Of a stretch of 64,000 bases of DNA, positions 13,575 through 27,293 are shown in pieces. How positions within the stretch are numbered: position 1 is the stretch's first letter; every line of letters starts with the position of its first letter. The notes beneath the pieces are model-generated. The model did no database searches and was not told the DNA's origin. It was given only the letters and a program-made list of their open reading frames with translations. Source of the stretch: the human T2T-CHM13v2.0 reference genome, Homo sapiens; assembly GCF_009914755.1 (NCBI RefSeq), contig NC_060933.1, one strand, 5' to 3'. A program made the position numbers and the translations under genes.

Positions 13575-13810
13575 ACTAGCAGCAGATGTGTCTGTCTGCA
13601 ACTGTGATAGGCTCCATCTGCAGTTTGCACCTGTTGTTTTGCTGAGGCCAGAGTGCAGGTGTGCATATAAAAACTCAAAGGGCAAGTAGACAGCAAAATT
13701 AAGGAAGTGGTTTTTCCTCTCTCATGATCTGCGTTCCTGTTTTCTTTCTTTCCTTCCACTTCAAAAATTGAGATGCTGATGGAATCATAACCTGTGGTCA
13801 GCATCAGCCA
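13575..13810 (+). promoter_or_regulatory. Candidate promoter/enhancer: E-box cluster, TATA box, ETS/RUNX/GATA words
   Basis: CAGATG 13583, CAACTG 13599, TGATAG 13605, CATCTG 13615, CACCTG 13628, CAGGTG 13656, TATAAAA 13666-13672, AGGAAGTG 13702, TGTGGTC 13793 in apparently unique sequence. Confidence 0.4.
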
Positions 13811-14140
13811 ATTATCCTAAGATAGTAATTATTGTCATTTTTCACTACAATCTTTGAAAAAAAAGGAATATGAGAAAAACAAATTTGAGAGCCAAAAGAA
13901 AAAAAAAGGAGATACATAATTCTTCAAGAGCAGCCTCTGCTTGGACTATTTTGATTCATGTTGATATAAGAAACACTTTGCTGTCAAGGGAAATATTGCT
14001 AGTGTGTGATTACATATTCAGAACTTCATCTATTTTTAAGAACATATTTTGTTTAAATATAGTTTTGAAAAACAATACTGAGATATTTTCTAGGGTATTT
14101 ACATGGCCAGTTCTAGTTTTAAAATCACACTTCTGTAGAC

Positions 14141-14295
14141 CGGTGGTTCTCAAACTTTATTGTACATATGAAGCCACTGCTGATATTGTTAAAATATAGA
14201 TTTAGGGTAGGGCTGGGGCCTAAGCTTCGCCTTCTGAACAAAGTCTCATGATGCTGATGCTGCTGGTTCAGGGACCATACATATAATAGCTAGGC
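14141..14295. mobile_element. MER5A
   Basis: gtggttctcaaactt...gatgctgatgctgctggttcagggacca. Confidence 0.75.
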
Positions 14296-14301
14296 TGCAG
14301 T

Positions 14302-14310
<9 letters not shown>

Positions 14311-14351
<41 letters not shown>
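14311..14351. repeat. Pure (TA)20 microsatellite
   Basis: Directly visible. Confidence 0.97.
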
Positions 14352-14354
<3 letters not shown>

Positions 14355-14858
14355 TGCATCATATGAAGCATGTGGAATAATTTTGAAAACTGTGAAATCA
14401 TTTAACAAATATAAACAATTTAAATATTAAAACTTTTCGATTACATTGATAATGAACATAATTAATGATAAATCTAAAAAACGTCATTCAATCAGTTATT
14501 AAATTATCACATTAGTGTTTTAAGCATTCAGCTATCTTGAGAAAGACATTGGCTTGAGTTCTAATGATAATTGCCTTCACGATCATTGTCCCTGGGTGTG
14601 ATAGATAGATAAGCATTCTGTTCTTTTTGCCATCTACTTTTGATACATTCTTGCCCTTGTTGTGAGTTTCTTCATGATGTTTACAGAAGGATCTCCCAAA
14701 TTCTCCCTTCTTCTTTTAGAGCCAAGAAGTTACAAAGCATATCCTTCATTGATCTCTTTAGTTTTTCTATTAAGTTGAACAGCTGAAATCTTAAGTTTAT
14801 TTGGATCTCACTAATATATCGGTCTTTTCCAATCACATTTTTCTCTTACTCATTTCTA

Positions 14859-15005
14859 CAGTAAGTATGGTTCATGGACTAGTAGCATGGGCACCAAGTG
14901 ACAGCTTGTTAGAATCTCAGGCCCACCCCCTAGTCTACTAGGAGCCTGTATTTTATAGAGATCCTCGGGTGACTTGTGGGCACGTGAAAATTTGAGAAGC
15001 AGTGC
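14859..15005. mobile_element. MER5A/MER5-family element
   Basis: ttgttagaatctcaggcccacccc...aaaatttgagaagcagtg. Confidence 0.7.
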
Positions 15006-15059
15006 TCTGGATAACACTTCTAATAATAAAATATAAATCTCTACTTTAACCTAGATTTA

Positions 15060-15270
15060 GAAACATGCCTAAAATCAATGGGAGTTTTGGAGACAGACAG
15101 ATAACTCTTCAAATCCCAGCTGTTCAGCTTTTGAAATGATGCTCTGTTACAGTCTCCTCACGGTCCTCATCAATAATACCTTCTTCACATGTTGTCATAA
15201 TAGAAGTGTGATGAAAATACAATGTACTCAGTACAGTGTCTGGCATATAATAAATAATCAATTGTTGCTA
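15060..15270 (+). mobile_element. MIR
   Basis: ttcaaatcccagct...acagtgtctggcatataataa. Confidence 0.6.
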
Positions 15271-16029
15271 AAAACATGTATATACGTATGTGTGTATAAA
15301 TATATAATATACATATATTTATAATTATAGATAAAGAAATTAGAGGAAGGAAAGTTTATGATTGCCAGAGATTACAAAGTGGTTAATTTTAGATCTTTGT
15401 GGATCAATGCTGACCTGATTACCAGTGTGATACATTCAAATACCATGTCACTTTGCTATAATAAAGCAATTCTCAGCAGTTCAACTAACTTCATATTTGC
15501 AAAGATTCTTACTTTTTCCCTGGCATCATGATCAGCATAGTAATTTTTCTTTTATTATTTTCTCTGAGAAACATTTTTTTAAATGAGGAAAAAATAAGCC
15601 CTCTCACAATATATCAATGCAATGTAAAAGACTGTTTAAAATATATTTCTTTGCAAAACATATTAAATGGATCATTATTTACATGAGATCTTCAGAAGTT
15701 ATCATGGTCTATTGTGCAAATTTTAAACTGACACCAGAAAGGTAAATTATGTTTAGGCAGCTTTCAAAAACTGGAGTTTTGATTCAATAGACCGTAGCAT
15801 CTCTTTGATGTGCTATTTTGTAATTCTTCAAATTATTTTGCAGCATATGCATAGCTATCATGATGCTGATAGATATTCATATTTAAATTATGAACTAAAG
15901 TAACCTTATACCTATATATGCCAATTTTTCATATCAAAAAACACAGAACTGAAAAAGCTGTAGAGCAGAACACAGTATTTGAACACATTTTTGTGGTGGG
16001 GTGATTTCTAGATTATCTCTGCATTCGTT

Positions 16030-16818
16030 AGGCATATCTGCTGTGTCACTTACCAATTTATTGCCTCAGCTCCCAATGCACCCTTCAATATAATAATCAA
16101 CAGAATTTGTTTAAGCATTTCTCCTTAAAGTGAAGGTGATGTTAAGCTTTCTCAGTAGAAGGCACTGGGGAGAAATTGCAGGAGGAAGGGGCTTCCTGCA
16201 ATTTCCAGCCCAGGCCAGAAGGGTCAGCGACGTGGGTGTAAGAATATCTAATAGATAATGTCCCAGCAGCCACTGGCTCAATACTTGTCCTTTTGTGACC
16301 TTGTTGCCTTGACCTGGCAATATTTCCACAGACACCTTGGACTCCCTGGGCAAGCCCTGCCTAGCTGGCCTGCACTCAACCACCTGCGTCCCAGAGGCTC
16401 ACAACACCAAGTAGTTGCTCCTCCTGCCAGGTGCAGGCTCTGAAAACCTTCCACCTCCACCAGCACCTGGACTACCTTGCACTTCACACCGGCCACCAGG
16501 CGCTGATCTGTTGCTCCTCACCTGCTGGCACTGCACTATAAAGGGTGGCGTGTTTGTGAAGCAGCACCAGACAGCTCCAGCCCGGCCAAACCAGTAAACA
16601 TCTCTGCTCTCCATTACCAAACCATGTCTTCTCCAAGGGAAGTCTTCCCTATTTGTCCTTCCTTGGATCAAGGGTTGTCTGCTTAGGTTGCCATATAAAA
16701 TTTCCTTCTATCTTATAGCTACATTTAGCATAGTTTGTTTGTTTGTTTGTTCATTAAAGTACTCCCTCTTTAACCTACTGTATGGTTTCTATCTCCTAGT
16801 TGGATCCAGACTGCTAGA
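16030..16818 (+). mobile_element. ERVL-class solo LTR (LTR33/LTR41-like)
   Basis: GC-richer block ending atggtttctatctcctagttggatccagactgctaga, similar to ERVL LTR 3' ends; subfamily uncertain. Confidence 0.55.
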
Positions 16819-16869
16819 TTGGCTTTCTATAATTAGAAGTGAAAATTGTTCTGGAGATCATTTTGCTAT

Positions 16870-17090
16870 CATAAGGGCTACTACTTAGTGTGAATTACCT
16901 TTGTGCCAGGCTCTTTACAAACATTATCTAATTTAATCCTGACAAAAAATCTTATAAAGTGAGTATTATTATCCACATTTTACAGATGAAGTAACTAAGC
17001 CTTAAACTTAGAAAATGTACTCAGAGCCAAGTGATAGAGTTGGGCTTCAAAACAAGTCCTCTCTCAATAGGATGGCTGTGTGTATAACTA
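16870..17090 (-). mobile_element. MIR
   Basis: tttaatcct...attattatccacattttacagatgaagtaactaag. Confidence 0.75.
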
Positions 17091-17334
17091 CTCTCTATTT
17101 TGTAACCATCCCAAAACTTAACTGTCCAAGAAAACTCCATTTTATTTCTATAATGACTAATGAACGTAATATTTTTAAAGGTTTATTATCCAAATAGAAA
17201 TCAAAACGTTTCTAGAATGCATTAGCCTGTAGTGCTTATATAGGACATGGTCTTTACCTTCTGAGCTTTCCTGGTTCTGCCAAATTGATACGGTAATATA
17301 CAGGCTCATAAGAAAGAAAGACACGCTTCAGAAG

Positions 17335-17519
17335 AGTATATTGTCCGATAACATACAGAGGTCTCGTTACATTTAAATTTCAAATGAAATGATGATTTTC
17401 TTTTTTATAAGTATATCCCAAGTAATACAGTGACACCCCCCAAAATTATTTTTTGTTTACCTAAAATTCGAATTTAACTCCATGCCCTGTGTTTTTATTT
17501 GCTAAATCTGGCAAGCCTA
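17335..17519. mobile_element. MER53-like palindromic hAT MITE
   Basis: tttaaattttcaaat...taagtatatccca...aaattcgaatttaact...atctggcaagcct. Confidence 0.65.
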
Positions 17520-17829
17520 CAAGAGAAGTTTCTCCTTTGCCTGTTACTGTTCCTGTAAGTTTCTGTGAATCTTATCGCAACAAAAGTAAGCTCAAAATAA
17601 GACAATGCATCTAGGATACGACCCCACTTTCCAAATACATAAAGTTGTTCAAGTTCAAATACATAAGGTTTATTCTAAGTTTTCTCATAGACACGAAATA
17701 AATTTTAAGATTGAAATAAATTCCTAGTAGACCTAGTTTTATTATTATATCATGACTTCTGATCTTATTCGTGAGGGCTGCTAAGAGTTTTAAGAGACCC
17801 CAAAACTCGTTGGGGCTAAAACACGGCTA

Positions 17830-18243
17830 TATGAAAAAGTTCATGATCACATAAGAAAACAGATAGAAACTGGACCTTTTCTAGAAAACTCACGAATTAT
17901 CCACCCCTTGTTTAGCATATGATCAGGAAATAACCATAAAAGTAGCCAACCAACAGCTCTCAGGGCTGCTCTGCCTATGGAGTAGCCACTATAATTTTTT
18001 TAAAATTTCATAATAAACCTGAGTTCTAATTTGATTGCACTATGGTCTGAGAGACTGTTTGTTATGATTTCCATTCTTTTGCATTTGCTGAGGAGTGTTT
18101 TACTTCCAATTATGGTCAATTTTAAAATAAACTTGTTTTCCCTTTACTCTGTGGGCTAACTCTTAAAATTCCTTCCTGTATAAAGCCAAGAACTCAAGTG
18201 ACCTCCCAGAATGAACCCCAATTTGGAGTTTCACCCTGTGAAA
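17830..18243 (+). mobile_element. MER41-family ERV1 LTR (partial), interrupted by an L1 fragment
   Basis: atccaccccttgtttagcatat...ataaccataaaagtagccaacc...gggctgctctgcctatggagtagcca is characteristic of MER41. Confidence 0.8.
18019..18130 (-). mobile_element. Internal L1PA ORF2 fragment (~110 bp, no poly-A)
   Basis: ctgagttctaatttgattgcactatggtctgagagactgtttgttatgatt matches antisense L1 ORF2 5' region; flanked by aataaac at 18012-18018 and 18126-18132. Confidence 0.85.
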
Positions 18244-18599
18244 AGAGCCACTGTTAATATTGTTATTCTTGTTATGTGATGCTGAGCTTAATTGTAAAGA
18301 ATAGAATGCTTATTCTGGGAGTTTTATATTTTTATTTTTCCAACTTATTAATAGAAGGGAAATCTTAGAAATATATATCTACAGAGAAAGAGGAACCAGA
18401 ATGGATAAACTGCTGAGTGGAAAGGAGAATTAGACTCCTCGTAGCCAGTCTAATTAAAAACTAATTCAGGTCCTCTGCATTAATTAAAAGCATGTTATTG
18501 GAGGTAGAGTTATGAAAAGATAATGTACCAACAGAAGAGCTGATTGTACTACTGGGTAGGATATAATATAATATAGACAATTAGAGTAAAGTATATAAA

Positions 18600-20500
<1,901 letters not shown>

Positions 20501-20599
20501 AATGACAAAACTCTCAAGAAGGGAGAAAGTATGAAGAGGAGGCTTCAAATATCACAGAAGGTGGCTAAACTTTGACACTGATCCAACCTAAATTATAAA

Positions 20600-21195
20600 A
20601 AACAATTTAATATATATCTATATAAGCATGTCTATGTGTGGGTATATATTCACATATTCTATATAATCTATATATATTATATTATATAAATATAATATAT
20701 AAATGACTATATTTATATAGAAATTCCATATATTATCTAATATGTCTAGATTAATATATCATATATGTTAGAGAGATAATATACAAATATCTATATATAA
20801 TAATCTATATGTTAATATTTATATTGTATAGAAATATATTAATATTTCTATAATATATATTCAAATATTTCTATATAGAAATATATGTATTTATATATAA
20901 TCGTGTATTTAATTTTCTATAGATGTAATATTTATATATAATCTATATAAGTATATACAAATATCTATCTATATAGAAATACATTTATATAAATATATTT
21001 AATCTTTATATATGTTAGCTTTTTATTTCTATATAGAAACATCTATATATAATATAGATGTTTTTATATACAGATATTTCAGTATAGAAGTATATATGTA
21101 ATATAGATAGATATTTCTACATATAGATAGAAATATCTCCACATATATATGGAGAAAGAGAGAGAGAAAGAGAGAAAGAGAGAGAGGTGGAGAGA
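20600..21195. repeat. Degenerate TA-rich low-complexity tract plus (GA)n
   Basis: About 550 bp of decayed (TA)n, then GA repeats. Confidence 0.9.
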
Positions 21196-21339
21196 GTTTG
21201 TTTTCAGTATGTAGAATGGGCATTGTTAACCTTGTATGGTTTTCCTTGGCATTGAAGTCCTTCTGATGAATTTTCCAATTGCCTGGGATTCATAAACCCA
21301 TGTTTTGGAATTTCTAATTTCCTACTTAATGTTCTCCAG

Positions 21340-21481
21340 GTCCTCCACATAACAGAAGATGATGAATATTCAGAAGAGCACAGCCCTAATGTTGAAATTG
21401 CAGAGAAAGAAAAGTGCACACATTTCAGAGCATAAAAGGATACCGATACCTACATTTATCTAGACTGTAAGTCCCATGAAG
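21340..21481 (+). ncRNA. Candidate non-coding exon (142 nt)
   Basis: Acceptor tttctaatttcctacttaatgttctccAG; donor AAG|GTAAGA; stops in all three frames; 3' end overlaps L2-like ctagactgtaag. Confidence 0.3.
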
Positions 21482-22899
21482 GTAAGAACTATGCCAAATT
21501 GTTCTTTAATCTATTAATTAACCTACTTTTCAATGCTAGGCCGGTAAATAAGATAGTCTGATAACCATATTTATCCTCAGCTGGTATCTTGGGAGGATTG
21601 TATTCCATAACATTCTTTATGTAAGAGCTGTATCATCTGAACTGATTCCTTCCAATATTAAACCATACCAAATAAAATATTAAGCCCTTTCTTACAACAG
21701 AGTATTTCAAGTTTCACTGTATTTCTCATCAATTTTTACATTATTTCTTTTATTTCAATTAGCTCCTTTCTACCTCCTGTAGTTTTCAAGTTTGACCTTT
21801 CAACATCAATTTGAAGGTTATGACCTAGGCCCACATTGAGATAACTCTTTTTCACTATTTTGACACAATTAAAACAGGTTCTGGCTTCAGAAAAAAAAAT
21901 CAACATAATATATGTTAGCTCTTCATTTCCTTAGAGTTTTTGAGATTCAAGTGATGACATAGAACTTTATCGTCAGCTACATCAGCAGTTAGCTTTGCCA
22001 AGTGAGGTTGCTAGCTCTTCTAAATGCAAATTGAAAGAGAGGAGAAAAAAAAAAAAAGAGCAAAGAATTAGTAGGCAAGGAAATGATATGGTACTTGGCC
22101 AACGAGGTAATAGCCTTTATTGCAAGCCAGTCAGTGCTCCACAGATGGAGAATTATCATACCAATAGTGTTTGATGTAAGACCCAATTCCCCTTGTGTTG
22201 GTGTCTCTGGGCAGGGGTTAGTCTGCAGTGGGAGGTAAATAAACCCCTCACTAAACCAGTATTCTTAATTAATTCCTGTGGAAGTACTCACTGACCAGGC
22301 TGTAAGAATACCAAGGAGGATGTGCATAATATTTCTCCTAACTGTGAATACTTGGCAACAAGAAAGAATCTGCAGTGCCCTCTTCATTCACAAAGGACAA
22401 TATGCCTATATATTATCTAACAGTGGATATTAGAACATCTCATCTATTTTTAGAGTTTTATTTCATGTTCATAAAAACATTCCCATTTTTCTCTTCCTGA
22501 AGGGTGCTGCTTGAACTGAAACTGCCAATGACTTTCCACATCCCTCATCCTATTTTATTATAGAAACGCTCATAAAGACACAATTTTCTCCTATCAATAA
22601 ATATGTTTGATGTTCCATAGAAGTTCTGTGTAATACATGCAGAACAATGGAGTCAGACTCTGGAATAAATTATTACCAAAACAACTTTAAGCGATGAGGC
22701 TGCCTTTGGATGCTCTCCTGTGGATGTGATGTGGATGCTCAGTGTGAAAGCAGGATGAACAATAAAGCCCATGAGTCATAATCATAAATCCCAAATAGGC
22801 ATTACCCTTCCTTAAGACATTTTTAAACCCTTTGAAAAAGAAGACTATAAGGTGCAATCTGGTTTTAGGGGCATTCTATTCTTTAATACATTTAGTTAA

Positions 22900-23140
22900 A
22901 GTGTGAAGTGGAGCACGCCTGGGCTGGGGTGATTTTTAGATGCAGCAGCATGCTCAGCCGGCAGCTCTGTGTGGATAGTGATGGTGTGATGGAAACACGG
23001 AGTGTGCTGCCTGTGGTGTTCTGGACAGGGCCTTATTTACTTTATTTAGGTTTGTTTTATTTTTACAACATATTCCTCTTGAAGGCTTCTAAAATCCCCT
23101 GCCTATAAAGTAAGGCAAATAAGCTTAGGCATCCAGTCAC
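22900..23140 (+). promoter_or_regulatory. Candidate TATA/Inr core promoter with upstream motif-rich region
   Basis: TATAAAG 23104-23110 lies at -31 relative to Inr TCCA(+1)GT (A=23135); upstream forkhead-like TATTTAC and MEF2-like GATTTTTAGA. Confidence 0.45.
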
Positions 23141-23182
23141 CCATACTGAACGGAGGCGAGGAGACCTGGTCATCTCTACAAA
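23135..23182 (+). ncRNA. Candidate first exon (48 nt, no ATG)
   Basis: From Inr to donor AAA|GTAAGA at 23182/23183. Confidence 0.4.
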
Positions 23183-23472
23183 GTAAGAAGAGGTTTACAA
23201 GTATTATTATTTGGATATATGTTGCCTTTCACAATTTACTAACTTTCTCAAAACACAGACTCTACATAGAAAGTATTAGGGAACAAGAATAATTTGATGT
23301 GATTGTTTATCAGATAGGCAATAAAAAGGCACTAATGTTCTTCAAATTAGACCATTAGACCTGCTATGTTCAACTCTGATTCTACCTGTTTAACACTCAT
23401 TAAACACAAAATTCAGGGTGCTGACTGTCAAGATAAATAGGGTTATTTTCTGCTTTTCCTATTTTCTCACAG

Positions 23473-23670
23473 GAAGACACATATACCACGCAATCAAGTA
23501 GTAATTTCAGAACTAGACACATTATGTGGAAAATGTCATGCTGAATATATCTCCACTAGTACAGCCTAGCTAAGCCCTTGATTAATATACAGGAGATGAA
23601 AGTTTCTTTTTCTTATTATTTTTATCATTTACGTATTGTACAAATAAAATGTTATTGCATCTCAGAAGAA
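23473..23670 (+). ncRNA. Candidate second/terminal exon
   Basis: Acceptor ttttctgcttttcctattttctcacAG (AG 23471-23472); TGTA at 23637 and AATAAA 23643-23648. Confidence 0.3.
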
Positions 23671-24198
23671 AAAAGATTTACTAAAATGTTTGTCCACAAA
23701 ATCTCATACTAACTTATCACTGAATTTCTGATACGCTGCATTTCCCATGAAGCTTAGTACAAGTTCAGTGAGAATTACTGAAGCCCACCATCATGTAAGT
23801 TCTGATCATTGCTGGGATCACCGAAAAAAAGTTCATAAAGTCAACTCAAAGTATTGGTAAAATATATTTATAATGTTAAAATAACATAGATATATTAAGG
23901 CAAGGAGCATTTTTAAAGATCACCCAACAATGGCATACATTTTGCATACTTGGTAAAGGGATAAACACTGCTCAGGAATCTCACAACAGGGGTCTTTATT
24001 ACATCTAGCAGCTCTACCAGTTATTTGCCATTGCAGCTTTAAGGGAAAAGATTCTAAAATCTCAGGTAGAATGCCATGAGTATACAGCCTCAAGTTCTAG
24101 AGATTTCACATCATTGAGATAGGTTACCTATGCCTCCTTCAATGAGCAATCAGATAGAGATATACAGTTTGCTACCTTGTGTGGTAATAGAAAATGTT

Positions 24199-24320
24199 AG
24201 CTTAGGCATTCAATCAACCATACCAAATTGGGCTGGGGAGACATAGCTAAATCTATAAAGAAGAGATTTATAAATCCTTTATTACTTGCATATATGTTGC
24301 CTTTCACAATTTACCAACTT
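24199..24320 (+). repeat. Diverged direct duplicate of 23122-23245
   Basis: Collinear similarity over about 120 bp with an identical 25-bp core atatatgttgcctttcacaatttac. Confidence 0.9.
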
Positions 24321-24817
24321 ACTTTCACGTAACTCATTTCATATAATAATTATATTGAGACAAGATATTGTTTTTGTATTTTTCTTACTAGCATCTCCTT
24401 TGTATGAATCAAGAAACAGAGACTTAAAAGAAACTGGGTGGTTCTTTCAGTTTTGCACAATGAGGATGTTTTAGCAGTAGGAGTTCATCACTTCTTTAAC
24501 TCCTATCAATTATCACTTTACTAACATCTACATATTATCTCAAAATGATGTTTTCACTTTTAAAAACCCCTCATTAGATGCCGTGCTATTCAGAAGCATG
24601 CAGTATAACAATGTGTCTTTTTCCAGTATAGGCAATATTCTCCAGTACTTGACAGGCACTCACTGACGGCTGAACCATTGAATCACTGGATGAATGAATG
24701 AGTACCTCATATTACCCCCTTTCTAGTAACACCTTTGATTATTGATTCATTTCTTACTAAAGACCCAGCACAGTGTCACACCGTGGGAAATAAATGATAC
24801 AACAATCAATTACATGG

Positions 24818-24945
24818 TTACTCCTGTGTGGTACAATGGCCAGCCTGCTGCCATCTGGATGCTTGCTACAAATCCAAATTCCTGGGTTCCATCCCAGATT
24901 TGCTGAATTAGAATCTCATATATACTAAAGCTTGAAAAGCATTCC
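24818..24945. mobile_element. MER5A/MER5A1
   Basis: aaattcctgggttccatcccagatttgctgaattagaatctc...aaagcttgaaaagca. Confidence 0.65.
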
Positions 24946-25415
24946 ACAATACATTGACAGTCAACTTGTGAAAACAAGTCAGTGGATTTAAAAATATCAC
25001 TTTCAAGAAACAGTGCTTCTTACAACTATTCTACAATATTTTTCCCGTGCAATCTCTCTTAGATTGCCCAAAACTAAAATTTTGAGGAAGTGGCAAAATA
25101 AAGACATGTCAGTGAAAGTTCAAAACTGAGGAAAAGAGCGAGCTAGTTTTGTGGGTCTGGAAACTCAAAAACAAAAGCATTTCTGGGAATATGAGCTCAT
25201 AAAAAGCACTAATGATTAGAGCAAATCAGACACAGATCAACCAATGACATGATCGTCATAATCAAATGTCCTTATGTAACTATGGTTATGTGGAAAATGA
25301 AAATACTTATTCCGAGTAGTGGATAAAGCAAGTCTTAATTGCCATCATCTTACATTGTATTATTTTTTTTAATTGCACTATTAACTCTGCTACTTACCTG
25401 TCTTCTGCTGGTTGA

Positions 25416-25762
<347 letters not shown>

Positions 25763-27068
25763 GTATTTTGGGAGCTGTTGTTTTAACCACCATAACTATT
25801 TTGTAACTGTCAAAGCCCAGCTTACTGAAACCCACCACAAAGTTAAAAAGCCCAGTTTGCTTACTTTCTCAAACATCTCAGTGGGATCGATTTAATATTA
25901 TCAAACAGATGCAGATCTGGGGAGTTTCCAGCAGTCTCAGTTCTCAGAGTTCTGGCCATGTTTCTTTAGGTTAAGTTGTTACAAATAAACTGAATAGATG
26001 CATTGAAAAAAAAAAAAAAAGTGGGGGTTTTAGAGTCAAATGTAGCTGCGATTAATCTGTTGGTTACCAGCAGTGTGGCCTTGGGTTACTTATTAAGTGT
26101 GCTTTTCTTTAACATTTGGTCAACACAATATTAAAGAATTATTGCAAGGAAGAAAAATAAATACTTGCCTTGTGCCTACTGATTTACAGGGCCAAAAATA
26201 ACCACTGTTGTTAAATGACTCTTAAATCCATAGTGATGACTTGAAAGCCTAGACAGGGAAATCAAATTATTCGAAGTCACCAAGCCATTAAAGTCCACAG
26301 TAGTTCTTGGACCTGCCTTTATTCAGTCCTTATCCAGGATTGTTTCCATTCTATGACATCTCCTTCTAAAGTTGGAGGTATGTCACATTGGGGATATGGA
26401 CAGTACACACAAGGCCAGAAGAGTGTGGACATGGGCAAGGGAGCAGAAGCACATGCTGGAGTGCACAGATCCCAGGTAAAACAAGAAAGCCTATTGGCTG
26501 GTGTCTGATGTGCTGCTCAAGTGTGAATACCTGTAAGCTGCTTATAACCTGGCGCATGCTGTTAGAGTGGCTAGGAGTACGTCTTCGCACTGTATTAATA
26601 GCACCAGCGTCTGGGAGCTTCTGTCAGTTCTTAACCATAGGCAGCTCCAGCATCCTGATTGGACCGTACCACCCCAACAGCTTCTCTGAATTACTGTGAG
26701 GTGATTTCCTGACCAAATATTGTTCCTCTATTTTTTTTTTTTTGTTTTGAGTGAGGGGAGGATGGGACTCAAAATAAAAACCAAACCAAATGGAAAAACA
26801 TAAGGGCTCAAAGTCAGAGATAGTCACCATTTTGTATAACTACGGGAAATCTCTTAGGTTATTGCAGATGGTATGGGTCGCAGCAAGGGAATTATGAGGC
26901 CATTATGGGAAGTTTCTTCATGTGCAACAAGTAGGGACATTTTATCCGAACGGCCAGCAAAGCAAAGAACAGTTAATTGTAGAAAGAATGGAGGCAATTA
27001 TAACATGTCTCTGTCTTGTTTAGGGAACCAGCTCTCTGGTAGACATTGGTAGAGGTTTTTCTCTAGAG

Positions 27069-27293
27069 CAGGAGTCAGCAGACTTTATCTGTAAAAGGCT
27101 AGATGATAAATGTTTTTGTCCTTGTGGGCCATAAACTTTTGCTGCAACTACTGAGTTCTGCCTTTGTAGCACAAAAAAACAGCAATCAACAATAGGTAAG
27201 CGAAAGAGCATGGTTGAGTTACAACTGGACTTTACTTGCAAAAACAGGCAAAGAACTGAATTAGGTCTACGAGCCACAGTTTATCAACGTGTG
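27069..27293 (+). mobile_element. MER58A (hAT-Charlie)
   Basis: caggagtcagcagacttt...ctgtaaaaggctagat...gcaactactgagttctgcc; TSD-like ctctagag/gtctagaa. Confidence 0.8.

Noticed and set aside
17875-17890. STAT1 GAS site expected in MER41 LTRs
   Set aside because: The position reads ttttctagaaaa, which does not fit TTCNNNGAA, so I do not claim an interferon-inducible enhancer.
25391-25400. Perfect minus-strand donor CAG|GTAAGT
   Set aside because: No convincing partner acceptor or promoter nearby; isolated consensus donors are expected by chance in 64 kb.
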